Source: Tubulanus polymorphus
Lineage: Eukaryota > Animalia > Nemertea
DNA length: 64,000 nucleotides
Assembly (NCBI RefSeq): GCF_964204645.1
Contig: NC_134030.1
Coordinates: 6,056,778 to 6,120,777 of the forward strand
Direction: 5' to 3'
Shown here: positions 1-11,510 of the stretch, one piece after another
Position numbering within the stretch: position 1 is the first letter of the stretch
How the letters are laid out: each line of letters starts with the position of its first letter
Made by a program: the position numbers and the translations under genes
Notes under the pieces: generated by a model
Database searches by the model: none
Told to the model about the DNA's origin: nothing
Seen by the model: only the letters and a program-made list of their open reading frames with translations

Positions 1-874
1 CTGAGATGTATTACCTTTTCATCTTATTACAAGTGTACTTGCAATATGCATGAAAACAAATTCCTGTCGTGGGCACGAGGATACCAGGTACTGTATGTTA
101 TTTCATACTTTCTACTATGGCCGTTCAACGATTTGGCAAGCGAGTGTAATGTTAGTTCCCGTTTTCCCCACAAGTATGATACATAGTGGTAGCACTAGAC
201 AGTCAAGATCGCTATTTGTACTATAGGAGCAATTTGTTTCAGTCGTCAGTTCCATCATTGCTAATGCTCCACTTTATGAAATTAATCTATTGATTAAGAC
301 TCTAAAGCCACTATTTAATACAAATAATTCCAATCTAGTTCATCCGATTTTTGATTTTGGTTAAAAAGATAAGTATTTATTCTTGTGTAGCCTACATAGG
401 GCAGGTCTGTCCATATCGATGTATATTTTCTTTTCTATGAAATAAATTAACTTGATCTCGAAGGTAATCGTGATTATTTGACAAATCATGATGAACAGTT
501 ACAATTTCTCCACCACTCTAAAACGAGTCCATGCTGCTACATACAAACCATGTGATGTGTTTTATTCTTCAACTGAATTAGACAGTGACCAGTCTTTGAA
601 AAATTATTATCCTAATATATATTCTACGTGTTTTCCAATGCGTCTAATAATTCATTTGGTAAAGGCCTGCACCCGGCTTTACCAAATCACTGGTTGAGGA
701 TTAAAACACGACAGTTGTTGGACTAATTATTTTCAGACAGCTTTAAGATTTCTTCTGAAGAAGGTCTAATTTGACCTTGGTGATTATTATCCATAATTAA
801 CGACAAGTTCAGTGTAAAAAAGCTCGATCCGAATACGGGACGTTTTTCACTTGAGACCTGTCAATACAACAGTA

Positions 875-1083
875 CAGGTGTATGTGTTCTGCCGAAAAAC
901 GAAACGATTATCCAAATATGAAATTGACATCAGTCTATTGTTGAGATCGATGATTATTTCCGCCTTATATATGCAGAGTATTATACATCTAAAACTTGAA
1001 TACATCATCAGAACTCCGATCGGTGTAGTTTTAATTGTGGTCAACTGGTGATTCGGTTTCGTAGACTGTAAATTCAAGTAAGT
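875..1083 (+). promoter_or_regulatory. Shared promoter module and non-coding exon 1 of copy 1
   Basis: CAGGTG...GAAAAACGAAACGATTATCCAAATATGAAATTGACAT (875-930), TATA-like TTATATA near 965, donor GTAAGT at 1078. The block recurs upstream of every paralog. Confidence 0.6.
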
Positions 1084-1335
1084 GTAAAATCGTATAAAGC
1101 AAAACTCCAAACACGGCCTATGTTTAGCACCACAGTATTATCCAACGATCATTTTTGAGATTGCTTAAACGGCAAAATAGTTGCATTTTTTTCATAATTA
1201 AATTACGTTGAATCATGTCTCTGATTGTGAAAGTCTAGACTTGTAACCTTTCAAACCAATACGTTTTGTGTTGTACCAAACCGAAATAGCTAGACTTTAA
1301 GTGTATGTTAATCGCGTCTTATCTTTCAGCACAAG

Positions 1336-2460
1336 ATGAGTATTGGAAACGTTTTGGTTCTAATTTTCGGTAGGTTCTTTAGTCACGATTAAGTCGATAA
1401 ATTCCAACCACTTCTAATTGCTGAGAATGTCTGAATGTCTTTGATTCTTATAGTTTTATTCGAGGGTGCTGCGGCGGCGTCAGTTGTTCTGTTTGGTCCT
1501 AACAGTGCTGACACAGATGATGCTCCTAGCGCCGTCATCTGTCCTTCCAATATGAAGGTATTTAGTTGTGCATGTTACGATGATTCTTGCTGCGACGGTA
1601 CACACATATCCCCAGATGGACAGACTTGTACGGCATTCAAAAAACGCTTCGGATGCCGGTCAACAAAGGTACGTGTAAGAAATTTCAAAATTAAATTATT
1701 TCTTAGTACAAAAATTTCGAGGTAAAATTTAAGTCCTAACTATCGATAGTGTCTTGAAGTGGTTGAATGGATTTTCCCTAATGTGGCTGGCTCACACTTT
1801 AAAATATAAAGTGCGACGGATTTTTTTCAATCACATCAATTTTATGTTGATCAGGTTGATTATCAAAATGTTTTATTTCTAAATGCACCGATTGTTTTAC
1901 GTGCTAATGGTGACAATAATTATTATCGAGTTGTTTGGTCATCGAAGTTATCGCAGTGTTTGTGACGCATTTCTGAATTTTTGATTTTATACATACTTTG
2001 GATGCACGTTTCTCAAATACGACATCGAGATGTTACTTTCAAAGTGTTATTCTAGGCATTAGTTCGTTGTGTCACGATCGATGCCGGCAATGATTACCGT
2101 GTCGTCAGTAGTGGATTGCAACGAGAAACTCAAAGAGTATCTGCGCGGTGTCCAGATGGGCTCAAACCGGAGCGATGTACACAAAACCTTCCGTATGTTG
2201 CACTTACAATATTATCCGTCATCTTTTTCTTTCTAACCCTATTTTGAAATATAAATGGCGAGTCAATATAGAAATAACCAATGGTGATAAAGGAATTATG
2301 ACTTCATTTCAGATGGAAGCATTTGTACGGGGGAATGCTCACTAGGTTCATGGCAGTTCGGAATTCAGGCGCAAGCTGTTACATGTATTCTACTGTATGT
2401 TTAGGTAGTGGATGTGAGGTACAAGCGGTGTGTTTTAAACATGGCCCCAAAACTGAGTAA
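1336..2460 (+). CDS. Secreted Cys-rich protein, copy 1 (177 aa; two PCSK9-C-terminal/resistin-like modules)
   Basis: Coding exons 1336-1369, 1454-1668, 2056-2192, 2313-2460, all GT-AG, 534 nt in frame. Protein MSIGNVLVLIFVLFEGAAAA-SVVLFGPNSADTDDAPSAVICPSNMKVFSCACYDDSCCDGTHISPDGQTCTAFKKRFGCRSTKALVRCVTIDAGNDYRVVSSGLQRETQRVSARCPDGLKPERCTQNLPWKHLYGGMLTRFMAVRNSGASCYMYSTVCLGSGCEVQAVCFKHGPKTE. Hydrophobic signal peptide, 14 Cys, AATAAA downstream. Gene structure is confirmed by paralogs 2 and 3; the domain call is by-eye inference. Confidence 0.88.
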
Positions 2461-3063
2461 ATGGGACAATTCAATACACCAAGCAATAAAACTATGGCAA
2501 ATTCAGTCTGATTCAATACAACAAGCAATAAAACTATAAAATCAGATATTAAGATATTTGTTAATGTTTTTTTTTACATTTTTGGATTCGTTTGACCGAG
2601 ACGCATGACAAAGAAACTCCGCCAGTTTGAGTTGACGTAGTTTACTGTTTCGAATGATTAAAATCATACGGTTTGTCCAATTCAATGACAACGCTGGCAA
2701 TAAAAAGAAATAGTATCTTTAAATGACAGCTTCGGTTTTGCAAGAAAACAGAGGAGATCATTTATTTGATCAACAATTGTACATTTTAGGTTACATGATT
2801 TAATCAAAGCCATTAAGTCGACGAGTATTTCGGATAACCTAAACTATACTCATATGCTAGGAGAAATGATAAAAACATTCCATTGATGTTTCATTGTAAA
2901 CTGATCCTCGTGTGCAGACAAATAACAGGGTTATCATTAGTTCCAAGACGAGTTTGTCGATTAATAACAAATGGTGCTTTTTCAAACGTAGAGAATTAGG
3001 GTCTAGGGGGTCCAGAGGCTTAGGTTTTGGCTATGAGTAGTAAAAAGTCAGGGGTTTGCATCT

Positions 3064-3134
3064 GGCCTCGTTGGCTCGATCAGATAATTAGAGAGCAGCG
3101 CTAGCACTGACCTTTGCTTGCGTGTTCGAATTCC
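3064..3134 (+). mobile_element. Possible degenerate tRNA-derived SINE head
   Basis: A-box-like TGGCTCGATCAG and B-box-like GTTCGAATTCC at tRNA-like spacing; no complete cloverleaf. Confidence 0.3.
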
Positions 3135-3777
3135 AATTTTCGGATTATGACTTAAAATTTTCAAGTACATCGTATTCGCGAATGCAGATTGTAGCAATCG
3201 ATTGATTGAGATATATATCAAACTGCTCGACTACACGGTAATTCGAAAGATTTTCTAGCCATCCAGTTCCATACATTATTTGATATCAGTTCGTGCTATA
3301 CACTTATGTGGATTACACTTCTTAGAGAATAAGACTCGGATAAATTATTTTAATTCATCTAGTTGTGCGTGTCTAATTTTAGCGTGACAAACTGCTTTCA
3401 TTGTACGAAATCATTATATTTAATTTTCACTTTGATAGTTTCCATTTTTCTTGTTGATTGGAACTAATGATTACCCATAAGAAGACATGAATGTATTTTG
3501 TACACGTCAAAGCTCGCCTAGCGCAAGAGTATCCGAACTAACCTAGGCTAATCTAAACTTTCTGCGCGACGAACAACATCGGAACGAATATTCGGCATCG
3601 CCTCGATCTACCAGAGGATATGATCGACCATGTTCACCTAAAAATGACCAGAAAGGTCCGTTTAAGGCACGTCCGTTTAAATAAATTTCACCTCGATGAG
3701 TATTGTTCTTAATTCAGGGTCAACGTGAAGGTCATTGCGAAGGGATCTTAATATTGGAAACCTGTCGATAACAGAAG

Positions 3778-3931
3778 CAGGTGTTGATGTGATCGGGTGA
3801 AAACTAGAGCGATTATCCAAATATGAATTGACATTTATTGATGATTGATGATCAGCGGTATAACGTACATATCATCAACTCCGAGCTGTAGTGTTTTACT
3901 TCTCACCCGGAGATTCGGTAGACAAGTAGGT
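3778..3931 (+). promoter_or_regulatory. Promoter module and non-coding exon 1 of copy 2
   Basis: CAGGTG...CGATTATCCAAATATGAATTGACAT (3778-3834), donor GTAGGT at 3926. The GAAA-N2-GAAA part is degenerate here. Confidence 0.55.
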
Positions 3932-4199
3932 CAGATTTTTATTTTCATAGGATATCCACTCTATGAACACACAACGCACTATGAAAGTAGAAAACTGTGA
4001 GACACTCCCCCTTTCAAAAGCTCATATTGAAATTATGCGCGATGTTTTCATTTAGAATTAATTCTGCAACGAAATCTAATTTCATTGGTTTCAAAAAGTC
4101 GAGTGGCAACTTTTTCAACGTGTAAAGCAAAATGGATTAAACTGTGGTAGGCGTTATCACTTTATTCTGTGTATTTATCACTTGATCTTTCAGCACAAG

Positions 4200-5204
4200 A
4201 TGAATATTGGATACGTTTCGGTTTTAATATTCCGTACGGTAGTTTCGTTATCTAACCATAAGTCGGTGGTTGCTTACCAAATTGAATCTAATTAACTGCT
4301 ATTTATTGATTCCAGTTCTATTTGAGGGCACTGTGGCGGAGTCAGTAGTTCTGACAGGTCCTTACAGTGCACTGATGGATGACGCCCCTAGTTCAGTTAC
4401 CTGCCCTTCCAATATGAAGGCTTATATTTGTAAATGCTACGACGATTGTTGTGATGGTGCACGGATATCCCCAGACGGACGGACGTGTACAGCATTTCAT
4501 GGAATCCGATGCCTACTTACTAGGGTGTGTACGGTGCAGTTTCTCTATGCTAATATCGCTTATGACAAAACTCCGATGGGTTTTTCGTATTATATGTATA
4601 TACCCCCTCGCTCTTGTCCCGGTTGTTTTTGGTACTAACTTCGATAAAACGAAATGAAAAATCTTTGCTTAAAATTTTTAGGCAGTAGCTCGTTGTGTTC
4701 AAATCGAACCAGATAACGTTTACCGCGTCGTGAGTAGCGGACTGCAACAAAATGAAAGAACTTCTGCTGAATGTCCAGATGGTCTCAAACCGCAGGAATG
4801 TACAAGCAACCTTCCGTATGTAGCTCTGCCACGATATCTCATTGGATTTTATTCATATCTAGAATAACTCATATCAAAGAGCCTCGAACCAATGCAGCGA
4901 ACTTACGAACTAAAGCTGATCCAAAATATCCCGTTGAATAGCATTCTTAGTACTTATTATTAGGCAGTAATTTTCGCAATTTCGGCTTACTTCGACATCT
5001 TGGAATTCAACCGACTGCAATTAAGGTTGTGATAGCAGTTCCGTTTGTACTTTCAGCTGGAAGCATATGTATCAGGAGACCAGGCTTGCTAGTACAATGG
5101 GGGTAAGGAAGTCAGAATCAGAATGTTATATCTCGTCTGACGTATGTTCAGACAGTGGATGTGAGGTACAAGCGGTGTGTTTAAAATATGCCCCGAGAAT
5201 TTGA
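4200..5204 (+). CDS. Secreted Cys-rich protein, copy 2 (174 aa)
   Basis: Exons 4200-4233, 4316-4524, 4682-4815, 5057-5204; same intron phases (1,0,2) and the same 14 Cys as copy 1; ends ...SGCEVQAVCLKYAPRI*; AATAAA at ~5241. Confidence 0.88.
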
Positions 5205-7094
5205 TCAATCTAACTAAGTGAACACACTAAGTGAACCATCAATAAAAGATATCCATAGCAATATTTCATATCGTTCTTTTTGATTCGATTCTGTGTCCAA
5301 CTTGTGATTCGTGAAACAGTCAGTTAAACTTAGATATGACTAAAGTCGTGATCGTATGGCTGCTACTAGCCAATCCATGAGAACACATATTTGGCGAACA
5401 AGAACCAGGAGTGCATTAACAGCCTGTGATTACTTTGTGTTAATTGATTCACAAAGAAACAGACAAGTCATTTTGAAACCCGCAAACATTATTTGTGACG
5501 GATAGCTGATGGACGGACGACAATGGAAGCCTCGGGCCTTCGGTCACAGCGAAGCTTGTTACAATCAATGAAAAGAATTTGCTTCTGAGTTAATAACTAA
5601 CTTGGAGTAAAATCAGAAACATGAAAACGATTGAATTAACTCTTGAGTTAACTCATTAAAAATGAGCTAACTTTAACTCAGAGTTAACTCTAACTCACAA
5701 CTATGGAACTGGGTCCCGGTGTCCTCTCTTTATAGTCAGTATAGGTGTTTTCTGAACTACGATATTCATGTAAAACATTCGCACTGAAAAATATAAAACA
5801 TTTCACCTAATATGATTAAGGTTAGACGGTATAACCTCGAAATTAATTTGATCATTCATGAATATCCTCGGAATTTTTTTTTCTTTATGATAAATAGTTG
5901 CAACTCTTCCTACGCACCGTACAAATGTATTTTCTATTATATACGGAGACAACTTAGTGATTTTACGTGGAGGTGCATCTGTGTAGACTGTTCTGGTGCA
6001 AAGGCTTGTTTGTTAGTTGAAAAAAATTGCGTGATCCCCAATAAACCCCGAAAACATGATTCAGGCATCTGCAGCATTACTAACTTGAAACATTCCGACA
6101 CGAGAATGAGGATAACACTACATATTAGTTGGCACGGGACGAGATGACAGGTTTTTAGCCTATGGTTCGATTCTTATGCCAACGGTCTAGTTGGCCTTGT
6201 ACCAATATTGCTAGAAAGCGATTCTAACAAGCCACGTTTTAAAACGGTGATAGACCCGGTCGTATTTCTCTTTGCGGATGATTCGAATAGCCTAGCACTC
6301 GCTATCGTACGAATTTCGTTGCGATGTGACCGATCTAAGCTGTAAAATTTTAGATAATTGGAAAATTTCCTTAGCTTCTATATAATTTGACCTGACCTGT
6401 CATGACCTAAGTCATGAATAATCATTAACACACGCGCATGCGATTAACACTGTGTGAAATGACAGGTGAATCCTCGCAAAAATAGATCCGGAATTATCAT
6501 GCCATTTTGTAAAATATCAAGCTGTGTTTTAGTTAGAAAACAGGTAAGAAAACAAAAGCACGTTACATTTTTATACTTTGGTCACTGACTCGTGAAATAA
6601 GAGTACCGTCCACGTCAAGGTACACGAAGAAACCGTAGCGTATTAACTTCCACGAGTCGTCGGGTATGATAAATGTAGGAGGGAGTGAGGTAAGTCTTCA
6701 GTTTCTCCCGATGAATTAACGAATTATATCCAATCAAAAGGCCTTCATTTTTTCATGTCTGAACCTCGTTTATAAAAAAAGATGCCTGGTGAATCGGAAT
6801 ACAATCTCCTTTCAGCTATTTCGTTTGCTACTTTAAGTTATTTTAAAAAAATCTAATCTCCCCCTTGCACTTTCTTCCTTTTGCTTCTCAGAGTTTCATG
6901 TCGATGAGCTACTGGACCATTGGTCCTTTATTTTAGATATCATCCTTGTAATTCACTTTTGATGAATAGAAAAGTTTGAAATTATGGAAAGAAAATGTCC
7001 AGATTTAATGAGTTTTTTTCGCTTGTTGCTCTTTATTCATTTGGAGTCAGTATGAAGATCCTACTCTCTGAGGTTTAAGTTCAAATATGTCAGT

Positions 7095-7510
7095 AACGGC
7101 AACAGGTGCATGTGATCTCGTGAAAACCGAAACGATTATCCAAATATGAACAGAAATTTATTTTATTCAGGAAAATGTCAATTCCAATATTCAAACCAAA
7201 AATTCAGAGCTTTCAAAAACAATAACAGCGCAGGTGTATGAGCTCTAATGAAAAACGAAACGATTATCCAAATATGAACTGACATTTATTTTATTCAGGA
7301 ATTTAACGTCTATTCCTTTATTCGAACCAAGAATTCAGAGCTTTCAAAAACAATAACAGCGCAGGTGTATTAGCTCTAATGAAAAACGAAACGATTATCC
7401 AAATATGAAATTGACATCTATTGATCTGATCAATTATATATCAACATTTCCGATCTGAAGTGTTTTAATTCTGGTCAACTGGTGATTCAGTAGACAGCAA
7501 GTCAGTAAGT
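7095..7510 (+). repeat. Tandem triplication (~130-bp unit) of the promoter module upstream of copy 3
   Basis: CAGGTG-anchored units start at 7103, 7231 and 7362, each containing GAAACGATTATCCAAATATGAA; followed by TATATA and donor GT at 7501/7505. Confidence 0.85.
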
Positions 7511-7776
7511 CTTGGAACAAGGTAACCTTGATAAAAGTAAAATATATTCACACGCATATTCTTTGTACCACAGTGGCCCCAAAATGATTCGACTCTTTAT
7601 GAATATCGTCTGAGGAGATATTGATTTTTCATGATTATAATCAAGGATCGGTTCTAGTTGCGAGTAAAGTCTATAGTTGCAACTTTTCTCACGTATCAAA
7701 ATATGTTTTTTGTGTCATACATATATTTGCTATTTCATATTCTAAGTAAATTATATTCTACCTTTCAGCACGAACG

Positions 7777-8722
7777 ATGAATATTGGATACTTTTTGGTT
7801 TTAATTTTCGGTAGGTTTTTCAATTATGGTTAAGTCGATTGATCGTAACCATAACGCTAAAAAATGTGAAAATGTCTCTGATTCCAGTTTTATTCGAGGG
7901 CGCTGCGGCGGGGTCAGTTCTTTTGTATGGTCCTGACAGTGCTGGCACAGATGATGCTCCTAGCGCCGCCACCTGTCCTTCCAATATGAAGGTTTACATT
8001 TGTTCATGTGTCAACGATGCTTGTTGCGATGGTACACGAATATCCCCAGATGGACGGACCTGTACAGCGTTCAACACTAAAGGATGCCCCTCGTCTAAGG
8101 TGTGTGTATTTTGGATAGTTCCGTGGCATACTAGATTTTAGAAGGGCTCAGAGGTCGGGCTCCCCATGTTTGTTTGTTGCCTGAGATATTGCATGGTAGT
8201 TTTGTGTCAGCAATCCTAGATGCCTAGAAAATGGTCGATTTCAGGCCCTTGATAGGCTTTAAACCTTCGGCGCACGTATTCGTGTACTATAATGGTCCCC
8301 TATCCGTAATCAGAAAAAAAGTAAAGATTTTACCTCGAATTTCAGGCAGTAACTCGGTGTGTAACAATCGATGCCGGCAATGATTACCGTGTCGTTAGTA
8401 GTGGACTACAAATGCATAATCAATGGTTATCTGTTCAGTGTCCAAATGGGTTAAAACCGGAAGAATGTACAAAGAATATGCCGTATGTAGCATTTTCACA
8501 ACATTCAATTGAATTATTTCAACCTACTAAAGTTTCAATGCAATTTACTGCAGCAATTATTTATGTATTTTCAGGTGGAATCATGAGTATCGAAGCGTAC
8601 TGTTAAGGAATAAGGCAGTACGGAAGTCTTTCAGTGGATGTAACATGTATTCTATTGTGTGTGAGAGGACTGGTTGTGAGACACAAGCGGTATGCTTTAA
8701 ATACCCTCCAAAAATTTGGTAA
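7777..8722 (+). CDS. Secreted Cys-rich protein, copy 3 (176 aa)
   Basis: Exons 7777-7810, 7888-8099, 8346-8482, 8575-8722; same phases and 14 Cys; ends ...TGCETQAVCFKYPPKIW*; AATAAA at 8751. Confidence 0.88.
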
Positions 8723-9744
8723 ATCGTATGTTACATGCCAAACTTGAATGAATAAAATTATCTCTTAACGAATAATTAGATTTTTCTATTCTTTTTAATT
8801 GGTTTTCATACGATGTAGTGTATAGCGTGAGATGATGTAATCCATCTGTCATTTTCACGTTGTGGATTTTATGATTCGTATGATGAAATTCATTCGAGGT
8901 ACTGATATTTATACGAATGAGTGGGGGTCATTATGACCTCAATAACATATTGTATGGACTCGGAAAATTCATTAATTTCTCAATAATATCTGCTAGTTGT
9001 AGTGAGGCTGGGGCTGGTATTCTTAATTAATTCTATGAAATGTTAAATACTGTTCAGCGTCAATCGATTATTAACTCAATAAAATTTCGAATGTGAATTT
9101 GAATTTAAATTCTATCATTGTCACCATATTACGGTATTCTCGGAGATTCATTTCATTAAAAGGGTACTTTGCTAGTATAGTAGTCTCCATTCTGGAAAAT
9201 CATTGAACAAGAATATTGACTTATCTTATAGATGGCGACTTCTTTGTATCTGTGAACGAACACATCTAATGTTGGTTTTCTCTGTCATTGGTCAATTGGT
9301 CAAAACGTTTAAAAGAACAGATGTTAAAAATTTTAAACCTGAAAGCGGAGTTGCTAGTCACGTTTTCCAAACCTCCCACAATTTTGATTTTGTTAACGCC
9401 AAAATTATCTAGCCGTGTAGCGATAGGATTAAAAGACACATTTTTGAAACTGCTCTAATCATTGAAAATTCTGATAAATGCGTAAATCTCAACTCAATGG
9501 TTTTTCTCCCCACAATTAACTCATATCAAAATTCCCCTGTAAATTGGTTATTTGTGGTGGTGATTTTGAAATGTTTGATTAAAGCGAAATGAGCAATCAT
9601 TGTTTCAAATTTTAAGGAAACTTACCAAACTATGAATAAAGGTATCTATTAAAACATTTTCTATTGTTTTTTGTTGTTGTTGTATTTTTAGTTTAATTCC
9701 GTTCAACTGGTTGATTTGCATCAGTTATGACTCAATAAAATGTG

Positions 9745-10445
9745 GTCGTATATGGCTGCTGGCTATTAATCCAAGAGAACACTTCTTTGGCAAACAAGAA
9801 CCAGAATATCAACGAATAAACAGCCCAGATTTTTAGGGCCTATAGTAAGTAGGGCGGTATAACAGCGGTGGATTTTGACTAGGCCAAAGACAAAATACAG
9901 GTGCTTCATTCTCAAGAACCTGGCACTAAGCGGGGTGGGATGAAACTATATAGCGGTAACTTTTTTCAAAATTATCCTTCAATTCACACTCCATGAATAG
10001 AGAAGTTTGAAGTCATGGAATTTTTTGTTTTCACTTGTTGCTGTTGATTCACTTTAAGTCAGTATGAAGAGATCCTACTCTCAGAGGTTTTAGTTCAAAC
10101 ATGTCAATAACGGCAACAGGTGTATGTGATCTGATGAAAACCGAAACGACTATCCAAATATGAACTGAAATGTCTTTAATTCAGGAAAACCGTCGATCAA
10201 AATATCCGTATCTTGAGTCTAGAGCTATCGATAACAATAACAGCGCAGGTGTATGTGCTTTAACGAGACAAACGAAACGATTATTCAAATATGAAATTGA
10301 CATCTATTGATCTGATCAGCTATATATCAGCATTTCCGATCTGAAGTGTTTTAATTATTCTGGTCAACTGGTGATTCAGTAGACAGCAAGCCTAATCTTG
10401 ATCAAGGTATTCTTATTATGATGAAGCAAAAATATATTCACACAG
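9745..10445 (+). pseudogene. Truncated fourth unit of the array: upstream region, two promoter modules and exon 1, no coding exons
   Basis: 9745-9804 matches 5352-5408 and 9980-10445 matches 6950-7553; modules at 10117 and 10246. The exon-1 donor position reads GC (cagcaa|gcctaa, 10390), and no signal-peptide exon follows. Confidence 0.7.
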
Positions 10446-11510
10446 ATTAAATTAAAAATGCGTGCGACGTATTCTCGCTACTATTGAACAAAAATTGAAA
10501 GCTGTAAAAACATTTCTGTTTAGAATTACAAACAGACTGTCGAATTAACACAGATATTGTACGATTCAAAATGTAAATGTAATATACCAAACATACCAAA
10601 TATATTGAAAAAAATAACACTCACGGAATTTTTGCCCGCGTTTTTTCGCAGTCACATAGAAAAAAAACTGAGATTTCCACACTGAGGCAATTTTGGCCAG
10701 TGTGCGAGGAATTCCGTCAATTCACGGTAAAAGAAAAAGTAACCAAACAAAAGACAAAAGATAAACAAATTTCAGAATCATTGACGCTTAACTAAACTGT
10801 ACATAACTACAAAGGTTTTTATATGGTTTTTTCATATTCTTTTAGAAATCAAATAAAAGTTTTACGGCTAGATAAGTAGCTATTGAATAGCAGTTACTGT
10901 CATATAAAACATTTACATATACATTAAATACTTATTATTTACATCCGATTAATAAACACGGAAAAAGTACTACTCGCTTTTGTTCGGGTAAGAGGCGAAA
11001 ATTTCAAAATAGTTCATTAGAAATGGCGAAGTTTCGCAACACGTACCACCGTCATGATATGGAATTTTTATACACCGATGCCACAAGCCGTCATCCAACA
11101 CGCGAGCCCAACGATTCTACGTTATTCGCAAATGGCTATTTGTCAATCTAAACATTTCGATTCTGCGTCTCTTTATTTGCGGATTATTTCCACAAAAATA
11201 TTCTTCGATTCATACTCAGCGAAAAAGCAATAAATGCACGTACAACTCACGGGATGTCCCATACTGAATTCCCTTAAAATGTATGTGGAGAGATTTTACT
11301 GTAATGAATAAGTACACTCGGTCGGGGATTTCGAGGTCTTTATACGACGTCTTTCTGGCGATAAAGTAACGGACTGCGGCCTTTATTTTTACCGATCAGA
11401 AATACCGGTATTTTTCTATTGCCTTTCAGCCCGTAAAAACCGTTGTTTCCGTTGTCGACGTAACACCAAACATTCTTCTTGGCGTTAACGTCGTTGTTCT
11501 CCTCCTGACG

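Noticed and set aside
488-1110. Short ORFs upstream of the Cys-rich gene 1
   Set aside because: They overlap the duplicated promoter region and are not preserved as frames in the paralogous copies.
6125-6184. B-box-like GGTTCGATTC within a GTTGGCA/TGCCAAC stem as a tRNA gene
   Set aside because: No cloverleaf or anticodon arm could be built.
7095-7420. Repeat-spacer-like pattern (also the four U14 repeats at 40-43 kb) as a CRISPR-like array
   Set aside because: Eukaryotic context and no cas genes; the spacers are homologous to each other here, and are HSP70 exons in the U14 case.
10131-10155. CTGATGA-AAACC-GAAAC in the promoter module resembles a hammerhead core, and the unit is tandemly repeated like a retrozyme
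   Set aside because: No stem II or stem III can form, and the other six copies lack CTGATGA; fixed position before the TATA site favours a promoter element.
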